This document shows, piece after piece, positions 62,322-64,000 of a DNA stretch of 64,000 nucleotides. The first letter of the stretch is position 1, and every line of letters starts with the position of its first letter. The position numbers and the translations under genes were made by a program. The stretch spans positions 1,568,001 to 1,632,000 of the forward strand of contig OZ255842.1 in assembly GCA_965277805.1 (NCBI GenBank). Direction: 5' to 3'. The stretch is from Candidatus Lustribacter sp. (GTDB lineage Bacteria > Vulcanimicrobiota > Vulcanimicrobiia > Vulcanimicrobiales > Vulcanimicrobiaceae). The notes below the pieces were generated by a model. The model worked only from the letters and a program-made list of their open reading frames with translations, did not search any database and was not told the origin of the DNA.

Positions 62322-63475
62322 AGCACGTCACCTGCATCGAGGACCTGCGCACGCTTGCCAAGCGGCGGGTACCGCGCGCGTTCTTCGACTACGCCGACCA
62401 CGGCTCGTACACGCAATCGACGCTGCGCGCCAACCGCACCGATCTCGAAGCGATCAAGCTGCGCCAGCGCGTCGGCATCGACGTCGACCGGCGCGATCTC
62501 TCCACCACGATCGCGGGTGAAGCCGCCGCCGTCCCCTTCGTACTCGCGCCGATCGGGCTGTCCGGCATGCAGCACGGGGACGGCGAGATCCTCGCCTGCC
62601 GCGCGGCACAGGCCGCCGGCATTCCGTACACGCTCAGCACGATGTCGATCGATTCGATCGAAGACGTTGCCGCCGCGGTCGAAAAGCCGTTCTGGTTTCA
62701 GCTCTACGTGATGCGCGACCGCGGTTTCGTGCGCGAGCTGATCGAACGCGCGACGGCCGCCAAGTGCAGCGTGCTGATGCCGACCCTCGATCTGAACATC
62801 CTCGGCCAGCGCCATTGCGATGTGAAGAACGGCATGACGGTGCCGCCGGAACTCACGCTGCGCAACGTGCTCGACATCGCCTCGAAGCCCGCCTGGGCCT
62901 GGAGCGTTTGGCGCGGCAAGCGCAAGACCTTCGGCAACCTCGCCGGACACGTGGGCGGAATGGACGGCGTGACGTCGCTCGCGACGTGGGTGTCACGCCA
63001 ATTCGATCCGACGATGACCTGGAAAGACATCGAATGGATCCGCGGCTTGTGGCTGGGCAAGATCGTGCTCAAGGGCATTCTCGATCTCGAAGATGCCAAG
63101 ATCGCATCCAAACTCGGCGTCTCATCGATCGTCGTATCAAACCACGGCGGCCGCCAGCTCGACGGCGCTCCGTCGTCGATCGCCGCCTTGCCGGCCATCG
63201 CCGAGGCGGTCGGCAACGACGTCGAAGTGCTCTTCGACGGCGGCATCCGCACGGGGGCCGATGTCCTGCGCGCGCTGGCACTCGGCGCGCGCGCCTGTCT
63301 GATCGGCCGCGCATACGTCTACGGACTCGGTGCGGCGGGCGAAGCGGGCGTGAGCCGCGCGATCGACATCTTGCGCACGGAGCTCGACGTCGCGATGGCG
63401 CTCACCGGCACGACGTCGGTCCACGACGCGAGCCGCGCGGTTATCCCGAGCTCGCCGACGGACCGGCTTCGGTAA
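62318..63475 (+). CDS. FMN-dependent alpha-hydroxy acid dehydrogenase (LldD-like); canonical start codon absent
   Basis: Frame open from 62318 (L)KHVTCIEDLR..RVPRAFFDY; LSTMS, WFQLY, SNHGGRQLD, DGGIR. Confidence 0.88.
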   Translation, partial: LKHVTCIEDLRTLAKRRVPRAFFDYADHGSYTQSTLRANRTDLEAIKLRQRVGIDVDRRDLSTTIAGEAAAVPFVLAPIGLSGMQHGDGEILACRAAQAAGIPYTLSTMSIDSIEDVAAAVEKPFWFQLYVMRDRGFVRELIERATAAKCSVLMPTLDLNILGQRHCDVKNGMTVPPELTLRNVLDIASKPAWAWSVWRGKRKTFGNLAGHVGGMDGVTSLATWVSRQFDPTMTWKDIEWIRGLWLGKIVLKGILDLEDAKIASKLGVSSIVVSNHGGRQLDGAPSSIAALPAIAEAVGNDVEVLFDGGIRTGADVLRALALGARACLIGRAYVYGLGAAGEAGVSRAIDILRTELDVAMALTGTTSVHDASRAVIPSSPTDRLR

Positions 63476-64000
63476 TTGCGTTAAATTCGGCTTCGCCGAG
63501 CTGCGATGGGTCGCCGCGCATGAACAGCGCGTAGGCAGCCAGCGCGACGATGATGCCGAAGAACCAGCCGCCCTGCCAGAAGATGTGCAGCGGTGCGTAC
63601 ACGAGCCCCAGCACCGGGAGAATCCAGCCGACCACGAGCGCCGCGACGGCCTTCAAATTGGTGCCGCCGGAATACGTGTACCGGCCGCTGTTTTGATAGA
63701 GTGCGACGAGGTCGAGACGCAGCGCGCGCACGAGCCAGTAGTCGGCGATCGCGATTCCGTCGAACGGGCCGAGCAGCGTGCCGTACGAGCCCAGCCACGT
63801 GAAGATGTAGTTGCTGAACGCGGCCAGCACGTACCACGGCTGCATCACGAGCGAGAGCAGCCCGGTGAGTATCGCGCCGATCGCAAACGTAATCACGCGC
63901 GGCCAGAGATTCTCGAACGCGCGCGCGGGTGCCATCACGTTTGCGCCGACGTTGATCGTGATCGACGAGAGGATCACGACGATGCCGCCGATCAGCACGA
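63441..64000 (-). CDS. NCS1 nucleobase:cation symporter, 5' part outside window
   Basis: N..AN...P, QPW, LGP..G..IADY, LY...G.Y.Y..G.N..A. Confidence 0.88.
   Translation of the reverse strand, partial: VLIGGIVVILSSITINVGANVMAPARAFENLWPRVITFAIGAILTGLLSLVMQPWYVLAAFSNYIFTWLGSYGTLLGPFDGIAIADYWLVRALRLDLVALYQNSGRYTYSGGTNLKAVAALVVGWILPVLGLVYAPLHIFWQGGWFFGIIVALAAYALFMRGDPSQLGEAEFNAITEAGPSASSG

Overview
High-GC (roughly mid-60s % by eye) bacterial chromosomal window. The gene complement (cdaA-cdaR-glmM, DUF4446, FecR/DUF6600, monomeric IDH) suggests a Terrabacteria soil lineage, possibly Vulcanimicrobiota/Eremiobacterota; this is an inference. Most of it is housekeeping: ilvD-thrC-thrB, glcF, glmM, rsgA, rpsT, priA, tig-clpP-clpX, lepA, rdgB, deoC, icd and ppa, plus 8 tRNAs, SRP RNA and a c-di-AMP riboswitch. 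Two accessory regions stand out. (1) A lower-GC patch at about 32.2-34.1 kb where three paralogous Zn-ribbon/HNH nuclease genes (one decayed) are interleaved with a tRNA cluster. Both HNH units carry the same 20-bp palindrome (TGTGCCA-N6-TGGCACA) 22-25 bp before the start codon, and both run into tRNA genes; one ends on a stop codon inside tRNA-Pro. This is the best candidate for an undescribed system, a tRNA-associated selfish or defensive HNH element. (2) A glycan-tailoring island at about 51.5-60.2 kb (WbqC, ACP, ketoreductase, stand-alone adenylation enzyme, acyl- and methyltransferases). Other oddities: a REP-like palindrome family with one copy in frame inside priA, apparent CTG or missing start codons, and a half-size ALDH lying 19 kb from deoC-ALDH. 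No CRISPR array, integrase or transposase was seen.
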